The position numbers were made by a program, and so were the translations under genes. From Gammaproteobacteria bacterium (GTDB taxonomy: Bacteria; Pseudomonadota; Gammaproteobacteria; Pseudomonadales; Azotimanducaceae), in assembly GCA_003248125.1 (NCBI GenBank), contig QJXZ01000089.1, positions 3,995-67,994 on the forward strand: DNA of 64,000 nucleotides, read 5' to 3'. Positions 27,421 through 35,675 of the stretch are shown piece after piece; the stretch's first letter is position 1; the number at the start of each line of letters is the position of its first letter. The notes beneath the pieces were generated by a model. The model did no database searches. It was given only the letters and a program-made list of their open reading frames with translations, and was not told the origin of the DNA.

Positions 27421-27950
27421 TGCAACGGCGTCTAGTGCCACTCACCCGCGACTGTCCAGCGCGGCTGGTACCCGTCGGCACCCCGATTACGATCCCGAAG
27501 AATACGTTCGTGACGCTGACCCAGACGCTTGGCGGCAACTTCACGGTCGTCTTCGATGGCAAGATGGCTCGCATCGACGGCGTGGACGCCGATGCGCTGG
27601 GGCTCGAGGTCGAACAGCCAGTCTATGCCGCACGCGCGGATGGCAGCATCGATCCCGCCCAGGTCCACGAAGCGTTGCGCACCGTCTACGATCCCGAGAT
27701 CCCCGTCAACATCGTCGACCTCGGTCTCGTCTACGCCTGCGACATCGATCCACTGACCAAGCGGGTACGCATCACAATGACGCTCACATCGACCGGATGC
27801 GGGATGGGCCCAGTGCTGGTCGAAGAAATAAAGAGCCGAATCTCGCGCGTCCCGAATGTCGCCGAAGTCGCGGTGGACCTGGTCTTCGATCCGCCATGGA
27901 GCCGCGACATGATGACCGAGGAAGCGCAGCTCGAACTCGGCCTGTTCTGA
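27420..27950 (+). CDS. sufT: SufT-like Fe-S assembly factor (DUF59/MIP18 family)
   Basis: TGATG overlap with sufA. LRTVYDPEIPVNIVDLGLVY and TLTSTGCGMGP are DUF59 hallmarks. Confidence 0.8.
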   Translation: MQRRLVPLTRDCPARLVPVGTPITIPKNTFVTLTQTLGGNFTVVFDGKMARIDGVDADALGLEVEQPVYAARADGSIDPAQVHEALRTVYDPEIPVNIVDLGLVYACDIDPLTKRVRITMTLTSTGCGMGPVLVEEIKSRISRVPNVAEVAVDLVFDPPWSRDMMTEEAQLELGLF

Positions 27951-27960
27951 TCGATCCGCC

Positions 27961-28374
27961 ATGAGCCAAGTCGCGTCCCTCGCCGAAATTCGCGAGACCT
28001 TCGAGCTACTGAGCGATTGGGAAGATCGCTATCGCTACATCATCGAACTCGGCAAATCGCTTCCGAATCTGCCGGAAGAGCACAAGGTGAACGCGAATAT
28101 CGTGCACGGCTGCCAAAGTCAGGTGTGGATCGTGCACCGCCTCGAGAACGGCAAGCTCGAGTTCGCGCTCGACAGCGACGCGCTGATCGTGCGTGGCTTG
28201 ATCGCGATCGTGCTCGCTGCCCTCGGCCACCGCACGCCCGCAGAAGTGCTTGCGGTCGACATGGATTCGCTGTTCGACGAGTTGGCCTTGAAACGCCACT
28301 TGAGCCCGACGCGCGGTAACGGGCTGGCGGCCATGGTGCGCCGCATTCGGGACATCGCGCGGCGCCTCGCTTGA
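27961..28374 (+). CDS. sufE: cysteine desulfuration protein SufE
   Basis: 137 aa. DWEDRYRYIIELGK and NIVHGCQSQVWI (persulfide-accepting Cys). Confidence 0.9.
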   Translation: MSQVASLAEIRETFELLSDWEDRYRYIIELGKSLPNLPEEHKVNANIVHGCQSQVWIVHRLENGKLEFALDSDALIVRGLIAIVLAALGHRTPAEVLAVDMDSLFDELALKRHLSPTRGNGLAAMVRRIRDIARRLA

Positions 28375-28399
28375 TACTGGATGTATATCCAGCTATGGT
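28371..28399 (+). promoter_or_regulatory. sigma70-like promoter TTGATA-N17-TATGGT whose spacer holds a palindrome, CTGGAT-GTAT-ATCCAG
   Basis: Read directly: ttgata (28371-76), a 17-nt spacer starting with the 16-bp palindrome 28377..28392, tatggt (28394-99). GGAG at 28414-17 and ATG at 28426 follow. Confidence 0.4.
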
Positions 28400-28425
28400 A
28401 GGCGCGATCGATTGGAGCGCCAACC

Positions 28426-28818
28426 ATGGCTGGCTACCAAGTACACGTGTTTCGCCGCTGCGGCGACGACGTACTGCTGATCGACGAGCGAACCTGGGAA
28501 GCATTCGTCAGCGGTAGCCTGCCCATGTCGGGTATCGGCACGCGACTCGATGTCTTGATCATCACGTGCCGTGACGGTACCTGCGAGCTGGCCGATCCGG
28601 TATCGCTACGCCTCGATCGCCACGGCTATCTCGAGCGCCTCGATTTGGGATTGCTCGCGACGCCGCTCGACAACGGTGTGCTGGACGCACGCTGGCCATT
28701 CATTGAACGCTACTTGCGTCACGCCCACCGCTGGGCCCCTACCGCCGGGCAACTCGCCAAGGCGAGCAGCGATAGCCTTGCCGCGCAGACGCCCAATGCC
28801 TATGCCGGAGGCGGCTGA
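28426..28818 (+). CDS. hypothetical protein (130 aa)
   Basis: ORF with an RBS and the promoter/operator above. No family recognised. Confidence 0.5.
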   Translation: MAGYQVHVFRRCGDDVLLIDERTWEAFVSGSLPMSGIGTRLDVLIITCRDGTCELADPVSLRLDRHGYLERLDLGLLATPLDNGVLDARWPFIERYLRHAHRWAPTAGQLAKASSDSLAAQTPNAYAGGG

Positions 28819-29302
28819 TTGGCCGTTGCGGACCGCGCCCTGCAACGCTCGACAGGGTTCGCGAATCTTTGGCGAACGGGTTCACGTTTTCGACGTCCGC
28901 CGCCCGCTACCATGCGCGCCATGGTACGACCTGCATCGCCATTGAGACGGCACGCCAAGCCCGCGCGCGCACCGCGTCAGGAGGATCCGGCGCGCTTCGA
29001 AGAACGGCTGTGGCGCGCAGATCAGCATCGTTTGCCGCGGCGAAAGGTGCCAGCACCAGCCAGCATCGACGTCCGTTGACGCGAACGCGCGAACTACATC
29101 ACGCTACATCGGCGACACGCCACTGCCTCGACACGCAGCGCAACGCAGTTAACGGTATGCATACGTGCGCTCGCCGACAATAGATGTTGGGCCGCGCAAG
29201 GATTTCGGGCAGTGCCAATGCGAATACGACGAACATTGCCCGTAGCGCGAAGCAAGCGCCGCGGAGGGCCCGGCGCTAGCCAATCGCGGCCGGTCGGGCG
29301 CA

Positions 29303-30049
29303 ATGGCTGAAGCACACGCAAATTCGGCGGCAACCATCAGCCGGTACCTCACCGAACTCGACGAGATCGCCGGTGTGTTCCGCACCCTGCGCGATCAACG
29401 CGCTGAGCTGTCGCTGCGATTCGAGGACCACGGCGAGCGTCACACTGCACGCGTCCTGGACGTCGATGGTGGTCGGTTCCTCCTCGACGACATCAAGCCG
29501 CGATCCGGCTTGGCTCTGCTCAACCGTGCCGTGCCGTTTTCGTTCACTGCGCGCAGCGGTGGCTTGTCGGCGTTTGCCGACGGTTTGGCCGTCGAGGACA
29601 TCGCCACCGATCGTGGCGTGCCCTATTTTCTGGTGCCGCTGCCAAGCCGTCTACTGACTCACCAGCGACGTGCCGTCGAGCGTTTCCGTTTGCCGCTCGA
29701 CATCGCCAAAAGGAAAGGCGCAGCCATCGTGCTGCATCACGGCGAGCAGAAATTGCAGGGCCGCATCGTCGACATATCGGCCGGTGGTTGCCGCGCCGAG
29801 TTCGATGGACTGATGGTGCCACCGCTCCCGGTCGATGAGACGATGGAGCGCTGCATAATGCGGATTCCCCATCTGCTCGAAATCGAAGCACGATGCGCAG
29901 TGCGGCATCGCACGGCCTTGGCCAATCCACCGCGCGTGGTGTGCGGGCTGGAATTCCTGCGTATGTCGGTGTCCGATCGTCGTCGTCTCGAACTGCTCAT
30001 CCAACGGCTGTCCGATGGCGCAGCTGTGCGGAGCAGTGGCGCAGCTTGA
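29303..30049 (+). CDS. YcgR-like c-di-GMP-binding protein (PilZN + PilZ)
   Basis: 248 aa. The N-terminal half is YcgR_N-like. PilZ motifs QRRAVERFRL (RxxxR) and GRIVDISAGGCRAEF (DxSxxG). Confidence 0.75.
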   Translation: MAEAHANSAATISRYLTELDEIAGVFRTLRDQRAELSLRFEDHGERHTARVLDVDGGRFLLDDIKPRSGLALLNRAVPFSFTARSGGLSAFADGLAVEDIATDRGVPYFLVPLPSRLLTHQRRAVERFRLPLDIAKRKGAAIVLHHGEQKLQGRIVDISAGGCRAEFDGLMVPPLPVDETMERCIMRIPHLLEIEARCAVRHRTALANPPRVVCGLEFLRMSVSDRRRLELLIQRLSDGAAVRSSGAA

Positions 30050-30163
30050 GCGTTATCACGGGCGCACCGTGACTCGATCCGCATCATGAGGGATTCGGCG
30101 ACCCGAGCCGCGACGATGCACATACACTCCGCAAGGTTGTCACGCATGGTTGCGAGGACTCGC

Positions 30164-30394
30164 ATGCCTCATCAATTCACATCGACCGAACCGAGCCGGT
30201 TGGGTGGCACCTGGTTCAAGCAGAACGGACGCCGCTATTGCCACTGGCGATTCGACGCCGAGTCGTCGACTTTACACGCTGCACGCGGCACCGTGACGCG
30301 GTCGCGTATCGTCGACATGAACGGGCCGCTCGACACGCTCAAGCACGAGCTGCCAAAGCTCGCGCTGGAGCTCGCGCAGTCGACACCGCATTGA
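30164..30394 (+). CDS. hypothetical small protein (76 aa)
   Basis: Inner ATG of ORF 30086..30394 with GAGGA 5 nt upstream. Moderate GC3. No family recognised. Confidence 0.35.
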   Translation: MPHQFTSTEPSRLGGTWFKQNGRRYCHWRFDAESSTLHAARGTVTRSRIVDMNGPLDTLKHELPKLALELAQSTPH

Positions 30395-30419
30395 CGCGCG
30401 AAACGCGCGAACCCGGTAG

Positions 30420-31034
30420 TCAATGCGTTCGCATGCGACGGTAGCGCTCCCAGTCTTCCGGTAAATCGACGTCCCACAAGACAGCCAGCCGGTGTACGCG
30501 CAGCTCGAGCGCCTTTGCCCGCTGCAACGTTTCTGCCAATACGGTCGATCTGCCCCACCGTACGCCGCTGAACAACTCGGCGTGCGGATGCGCCATTGCG
30601 ATCAAGACGTAGCCACCGTCCGCTGCCGGCCCGAGCACGACGTCGGCGCCTCCTCGCACGGCACGGACGGCCTCGGCGACGTAGGTCGCGTCGAGTACGG
30701 GGCAATCGCTGCCGACTAACACCGCGATCGCACCCCGCGCCGTGATGTCCGAGACTGCCCCCAGCATGCGCTCGCCGAGATCTTGGCCGGTCTGCGTCCG
30801 AACAGACGCCGGAAAGGGAAGACTCGACGCGGGTATGGTGCCAGGGTCACCGGCACACCAGATCTCGACGCTGGCGAACTGATCGACACCGCACAGATTT
30901 TCGAGCGTGTGCCTGAGCAACTCGACGTGCGCCTCCAAGGCACCCTGCTCGCCGAGCACGGGCATCAACCGCGACTTTACTGAGCCGAGTACCGGCGCAC
31001 GCGTGAAAACGGCGACAATCGCGTCAGTTGCCAT
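30420..31034 (-). CDS. DUF2064 family protein (TIGR04282-like, glycosyltransferase-related)
   Basis: 204 aa. AIVAVFTRAPVLGSVKSRL, VLVGSDCPVL and GPAADGGYVLI match my recollection of the DUF2064 family. Confidence 0.7.
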   Translation of the reverse strand: MATDAIVAVFTRAPVLGSVKSRLMPVLGEQGALEAHVELLRHTLENLCGVDQFASVEIWCAGDPGTIPASSLPFPASVRTQTGQDLGERMLGAVSDITARGAIAVLVGSDCPVLDATYVAEAVRAVRGGADVVLGPAADGGYVLIAMAHPHAELFSGVRWGRSTVLAETLQRAKALELRVHRLAVLWDVDLPEDWERYRRMRTH

Positions 31035-31701
31035 AGTAGATCGTGTGAAGGCGCGCGGGCGATGCGCCGAAGAAGTATGCGAGACGCAACGTCCACATGA
31101 GCAGCACGGTACGAACGATACCGTTGTCTCGCCAGCGCCGTGGTGAAACCCGTAGCCGTTCGGCGAGGCAAACTGGCATCCGCCGGAGTTTCAGGCGCCG
31201 GGACAGCTCGATGTCTTCCATGAGGGGCTGATCGGGGATGCCACCGACTGCTGCCAGCAGATGCGTGTGCACGAAGATACCCTGGTCGCCCGTGCAGATA
31301 CCTGTGAGTCGTGAGCGGCAGTTCATGGCCGCCTCAATCACCCGAAATACGGCTCCTCGATCGTCGAGTCGAACATCGAACCGTCCCCAACCTGGTTCAT
31401 CGCTCGCGGTCGATGCGGCAATGGCTGCAACGACGTCGACATCAGCTTGGCAGTCGGCATGCAACATCCACACCCACCCCGTCGACACCAATTCGCATCC
31501 GGCGCTCAGCTGCGTCGCCCGGCCCTGGGGCGCGACGATCACTCGGCACCCGAACCGCTCGGCAATTGCAACGGAGCGGTCGCGGCTACCACCGTCGACG
31601 ACGATGTGCGGACCTTGCGCCCCTGACGAACGCAGCGACTCGAGCAGCCGCTCGAGCGCTCGTTCGTCGTTCAGGACCGGAATGACGATGGTGTAAGGCA
31701 T
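31024..31701 (-). CDS. family 2 glycosyltransferase (TIGR04283-like)
   Basis: Inner ATG gives MPYTIVIPVLNDERALERLLESL and VVDGGSRDRS. 11-nt overlap with the downstream DUF2064 gene. Confidence 0.78.
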   Translation of the reverse strand: MPYTIVIPVLNDERALERLLESLRSSGAQGPHIVVDGGSRDRSVAIAERFGCRVIVAPQGRATQLSAGCELVSTGWVWMLHADCQADVDVVAAIAASTASDEPGWGRFDVRLDDRGAVFRVIEAAMNCRSRLTGICTGDQGIFVHTHLLAAVGGIPDQPLMEDIELSRRLKLRRMPVCLAERLRVSPRRWRDNGIVRTVLLMWTLRLAYFFGASPARLHTIYYGN

Positions 31702-31750
31702 GTGCGCGCGGCGCGGAGGCATCTAGTCCGCGTGGCATAATCGCGGGCCC

Positions 31751-31825
31751 GTCCCCGTAGTTCAATGGATAGAACGGCCGCCTCCTAAGCGGCAAATGCA
31801 GGTTCGATTCCTGCCGGGGACACCA
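31751..31825 (+). tRNA. tRNA-Arg (anticodon CCT)
   Basis: Hand-folded cloverleaf. Acceptor GTCCCCG/CGGGGAC, D arm GTTC..GAAC, anticodon stem GCCGC/GCGGC with loop CTCCTAA, T arm GCAGG-TTCGATT-CCTGC, encoded CCA. 75 nt. Confidence 0.9.
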
Positions 31826-31884
31826 ATTCAGCGATCGTTCATGTAGCGTGCGGCATGATGCCCGGCATAGATCGGAGGACCGTC

Positions 31885-32298
31885 ATGAAAACGACCTTGA
31901 CCTTGCTGATCGCTGCCTGCCTGACCATCTCGGCACCCACGACTTGGGCCGGCGGCCGCCATGAGGGCCACGGCGGATATCCGGGCTATTACGGCGGGCA
32001 CGGCTACTACGCCGGGCACGGCCATCGGTACTACGGCCATCGGCACTACCGTGGACATCACGACAATGACGAGTGGGCCTATCTATTGGGCGGTCTCGTC
32101 CTTGGTGGACTGGTCACGCATGCCTATCACCGGCAGCAAGAAGCGGTGCAAGCGGTACCCGCCCAGGGCTACTACGCGGTGCCCAATAGCGGCCAACGAT
32201 TGGTGCGAGATGCGTACGGCAACTGCTACACGAGCACGTTCGATGCGGCCGGCACGGAGTACCGAACCCCGGCTGACCCGGCGCTCTGCAACTGGTAG
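31885..32298 (+). CDS. secreted His/Gly/Tyr-rich protein (137 aa)
   Basis: GGAGG 6 nt upstream of the ATG. Signal peptide MKTTLTLLIAACLTISAPTTWA, then GGRHEGHGGYPGYYGGHGYYAGHGHRYYGHRHYRGHH, a hydrophobic segment WAYLLGGLVLGGLV, and a C-terminal two-Cys region. Confidence 0.6.
   Translation: MKTTLTLLIAACLTISAPTTWAGGRHEGHGGYPGYYGGHGYYAGHGHRYYGHRHYRGHHDNDEWAYLLGGLVLGGLVTHAYHRQQEAVQAVPAQGYYAVPNSGQRLVRDAYGNCYTSTFDAAGTEYRTPADPALCNW
32020..32049 (+). repeat. tandem 15-bp duplication (ggccatcggtactac / ggccatcggcactac) encoding GHRYY-GHRHY
   Basis: Read directly from the sequence; one mismatch between the units. Confidence 0.7.
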
Positions 32299-32302
32299 GC
32301 GG

Positions 32303-32392
32303 TTAGCCGACGAACGCGACGGCCAAATAGGCCACGAAGAACCCGACCGCCGCCAGGCTCAAAACGTCGACTTTGGTGGTGCGGATCGTCAT
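32303..32392 (-). CDS. possible 29-aa hydrophobic micro-protein
   Basis: Below the ORF-track size cutoff. Translates to MTIRTTKVDVLSLAAVGFFVAYLAVAFVG. No clear RBS. Confidence 0.2.
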   Translation of the reverse strand: MTIRTTKVDVLSLAAVGFFVAYLAVAFVG

Positions 32393-32553
32393 GGCCGGCA
32401 TTGTTTACGCCGCCTGCTGCCGACGGAAGGAATGATTCTGCCTATGCTTATGCCTGCGCGCGGCCACACTGCCGGACGGAGTTGCCAGCCCACCCGGGCG
32501 CGCCGGCAGGCGTGGTGGGTGCGAAGCACCTAAGCCAGCGTGGGGAGAAGCGC

Positions 32554-33447
32554 CTAAGCCAGGGTAAACCCCAGTGTCGCTGCCACCGCCAGCGCCCACA
32601 GCGATAGCGCATGCCCCAGCACGCGCCCTCGCAGCTGGCGCAGCGTCGCCCGCGTGATTTCCGTGCCGATGCAGAACAGCGCCACAACCAATAGCGCGCG
32701 GCTCGTCGTTCCGGTCGCACGTGTGGCCATCTCCGGCAGTTCGAAGACGGTGCCAACGAGTGAAGCCACCAAGAACGCGAGGATGAAAGTCGGTACACGA
32801 ACCTTGGCGCTCGGTTCGCGCACGTAGAGACCCATCGCAAGCGCGAGCGGGATCAGCCAGAGTGTGCGCCCGAGCTTGACGGTGGTGGCCACCTCGAGGG
32901 CCTCGTCGCCATACTGGGCGGCCGTGGCCAGCACGGAACTCGTATCGTGCACGGCCAGTGCCACCCAAGTGCCGAATTCCACCTGCGACAGGCCAAGCGC
33001 GCGACCGATGACTGGAAACGCGAATATCGCCGCGGCGTTCAGCAGGAACACGATGGCAATGGCGATGCCCACCTGATCGGCACGCGCTTTCAGAATTGGC
33101 GCCAGTGTCGCGATGGCCGTGCCGCCGCAGATCGCGGTGCCAGCCGCCATCAGCCAGGTGCTGTTGCGATCGAGGCCGAAGAGTCGTCCAAGCAAGGCGC
33201 CGACACCGAGCACGCTGAGTACATACACCGCAACCGGTAGCACCGCATCGCCACTCAGCTCGGCGACACGACCAATCGTGAGCGAAAAGCCCAGCAGCAC
33301 GATGGCAGACTGCAAGCTGACACGTCCCCAACGTTGCGCACCGGTTAGCCAACCGCCGCCGATCACGAGTGTCAGCACGATGCCAACCAACAGCGCGACC
33401 GCAGGATTGCCGTACCACACGAGCGGCACGAGCACGACACCCGCCAA
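32554..33447 (-). CDS. yeiH: YeiH/UPF0324 family membrane protein (putative sulfate exporter family)
   Basis: 297 aa, polytopic. MAAGTAICGGTAIATLAP and WVALAVHDTSSV are family motifs. Confidence 0.82.
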   Translation of the reverse strand: MAGVVLVPLVWYGNPAVALLVGIVLTLVIGGGWLTGAQRWGRVSLQSAIVLLGFSLTIGRVAELSGDAVLPVAVYVLSVLGVGALLGRLFGLDRNSTWLMAAGTAICGGTAIATLAPILKARADQVGIAIAIVFLLNAAAIFAFPVIGRALGLSQVEFGTWVALAVHDTSSVLATAAQYGDEALEVATTVKLGRTLWLIPLALAMGLYVREPSAKVRVPTFILAFLVASLVGTVFELPEMATRATGTTSRALLVVALFCIGTEITRATLRQLRGRVLGHALSLWALAVAATLGFTLA

Positions 33448-33518
33448 CAGCCAACGCGGCCAGCCGCTCAGGAGTTCCCCCTATGGAGGCATCCCGATAC
33501 GGGGGCTAGCGTCACTGC

Positions 33519-33920
33519 GTGACGCTGATTCGCTGGCTCGACAGTTTCGATATCGGAATTCCCGCGATCGATCATGAGCATCGCGAGCTGGTCGATTTGA
33601 TCAACACATGCCACGACCGACTCGTCGAAGACCCAAGCGGCAACGATGTCGGTGACTTCCTCGGCCGCATCTTCGATCGAATCACCGCACACTTCACGCA
33701 CGAAGAGATCGAGATGTTGCAACTCGAATTCCCGGAGTACTGGCCGCACAAGGCCGATCACGAGCGCCTGCTCGATGAACTGCGCGACATCATGAACACG
33801 TGGAGTTCCAGCAACGACTTCGACGATGCGTCCCTCGCATCGCGTTTGGAGCTATGGTTCATGATCCACTTCCGAACATTCGATGCCCGCCTGCATCGTT
33901 TCGTCGCGCAGCAAGCGTAA
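33519..33920 (+). CDS. bacteriohemerythrin
   Basis: 133 aa. RWLDSFDIGIPAIDHEHRELVDLIN, ITAHFTHEE, HKADHERL and IHFRTFDARL supply the His/Asp iron ligands. Confidence 0.85.
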   Translation: MTLIRWLDSFDIGIPAIDHEHRELVDLINTCHDRLVEDPSGNDVGDFLGRIFDRITAHFTHEEIEMLQLEFPEYWPHKADHERLLDELRDIMNTWSSSNDFDDASLASRLELWFMIHFRTFDARLHRFVAQQA

Positions 33921-33956
33921 CCGGCGGGCGACCGCTCGGTACTCAGCTGCCAGCAT

Positions 33957-34523
33957 TCACTCACCATCGCGATGCAGCCGATGCAGCCGATACCCATCTG
34001 GCGCTTCAGTAGTAACTTCGGCAGAGAACGGCGTGCCGGTTGGCTGTGTCGTTGGAACAGGCTCTTGCGGGTAAGGCGTCGACAACAGCTCATCGATCGA
34101 CAGGCCGTCGAGCGCGTGGTCGAGATCGGTCCAATCCGCACCGAGGTCGGTGGATTGCATTGACGGGGACGTGGCTACATCGGGCGTGGCAGTTCCCGTG
34201 CTGATGACGGAGGCCGGTGTGTTGCTACGTTCGTCGATGACCCAAGCGTCGGGAAAGCCTGCGCTCCGGAGCTCCGCCAGCTTCTCCGCCGCGCGACGCC
34301 ACTCGGCATAGGGTCCAGCGACGACTCGAAACACTCGCTGACCGTGCAGGTCGAATGCAGCAACGCTCAACGGCTGTCCAGCGCCAGCTTGCAACTCGGC
34401 TCGACCACGCTCCGCCTGGTCCTCCGCACGATAGCTGCCAACCGAAATCCACAGCTCAGCAGCCGCGGCAACCGATGCTGCCATGGCGATCAGGGTGGCA
34501 ACTCGCATCATCCAACGTCGCAT
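33957..34523 (-). CDS. SPOR domain-containing protein
   Basis: Inner ATG gives signal peptide MRRWMMRVATLIAMAASVAAAA, then SPOR-like WISVGSYRAEDQAERGRAEL...FRVVAGPYAEWRRAAEKLAELRSAGFPDAWVI, then a low-complexity tail. Confidence 0.65.
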   Translation of the reverse strand: MRRWMMRVATLIAMAASVAAAAELWISVGSYRAEDQAERGRAELQAGAGQPLSVAAFDLHGQRVFRVVAGPYAEWRRAAEKLAELRSAGFPDAWVIDERSNTPASVISTGTATPDVATSPSMQSTDLGADWTDLDHALDGLSIDELLSTPYPQEPVPTTQPTGTPFSAEVTTEAPDGYRLHRLHRDGE

Positions 34524-34534
34524 TGCATCGCTCC

Positions 34535-35671
34535 TCAGGCCGATGCCGTCATCAAGATCATTACACCGGCCGCAACGGCTGAGCCAATCACGCCCGCGAC
34601 ATTGGGCCCCATCGCGTGCATGAGCAGGAAATTTTGCGGATTCGCCTCGAGACCGACACTGTTGGCGACGCGGGCCGCCATTGGCACAGCTGACACGCCC
34701 GCTGCTCCGATCAGCGGATTGATCTTGGTCGAGGATACCAGGTTCATGAACTTCGCCATCAGCACTCCGCTTGCGGTACCGATTGCGAATGCCACCATCC
34801 CGAGCAGCAGAATTCCAAGCGTGCTCGGCACTAAAAACTGATCCGCGGAAAGCTTCGAGCCAACCGCCAGGCCAAGGAAGATGGTGACGATGTTGATGAG
34901 TGCGTTCTGAGTCGTATCGCTGAGCCGCTGCACCACGCCGCACTCGCGCATCAGGTTACCGAAGCAGAACATTCCCAGCAGCGGTGCGGCCGCAGGCAAC
35001 AACAGGGCAACCAGCAACAACAGCACGAGTGGAAACAAGATGCGCTCACGGCGCGATACCACACGTTGCTCGTGCATCTCGATCGCTCGTTCGGTCTGGG
35101 TTGTAAGCAGGCGCATGATCGGTGGCTGGATGATCGGCACGAGCGCCATGTAGGAATACGCAGCGACCGCCACCGCACCCAACAGATGCGGCGCCAATTT
35201 CCCCGCCACATATATGGCCGTGGGCCCATCGGCGCCGCCGATTATGCCGATCGCGGCCGCCTCCCTGATGTCGAAATCCATCACGCCGAGTGCGGACAAT
35301 CCCAGCGCGCCGAGCACCGTACTGAAGATGCCGAATTGTGCAGCGGCGCCAAGCAGCAGCGTTCGCGGATTGGCGAGCACGGGACCGAAGTCCGTGAGTG
35401 CACCGACGCCCATGAAGATGATGAGCGGAAAGGCGCCCGTTGCTACGCCAACGACGTACGTGAGGTGCAAGATGCCGTCGCCGCTTGCTATCTCCACGCC
35501 TGGGATGTTGCTCAAGATTCCGCCGAAGCCGATCGGCAGCAACAGCAATGGCTCGAACTTCTTTGCGATCGCGAGATACACGAGCAAGCCACCGACCGCG
35601 ATCATCACGACCTGCCCCCAGCCGATCTGATACAGCCCGGAACCTCGCGCGAGCTCGAGCAATGAATCCAC
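34535..35671 (-). CDS. oadB: sodium ion-translocating decarboxylase subunit beta
   Basis: Polytopic. [37 protein letters not shown] and [13 protein letters not shown] are typical of OadB/GcdB. GTG start is 4 nt after the oadA stop. Confidence 0.9.
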   Translation of the reverse strand: MDSLLELARGSGLYQIGWGQVVMIAVGGLLVYLAIAKKFEPLLLLPIGFGGILSNIPGVEIASGDGILHLTYVVGVATGAFPLIIFMGVGALTDFGPVLANPRTLLLGAAAQFGIFSTVLGALGLSALGVMDFDIREAAAIGIIGGADGPTAIYVAGKLAPHLLGAVAVAAYSYMALVPIIQPPIMRLLTTQTERAIEMHEQRVVSRRERILFPLVLLLLVALLLPAAAPLLGMFCFGNLMRECGVVQRLSDTTQNALINIVTIFLGLAVGSKLSADQFLVPSTLGILLLGMVAFAIGTASGVLMAKFMNLVSSTKINPLIGAAGVSAVPMAARVANSVGLEANPQNFLLMHAMGPNVAGVIGSAVAAGVMILMTASA

Positions 35672-35675
35672 TACG

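Noticed and set aside
28377-28392. Calling the palindrome CTGGATGTATATCCAG a LexA SOS box.
   Set aside because: It has the CTG-N10-CAG frame, but G/C replace the highly conserved T4/A13 of CTGT-N8-ACAG. Without a scoring matrix or the organism's LexA motif, I report it only as an unassigned operator.
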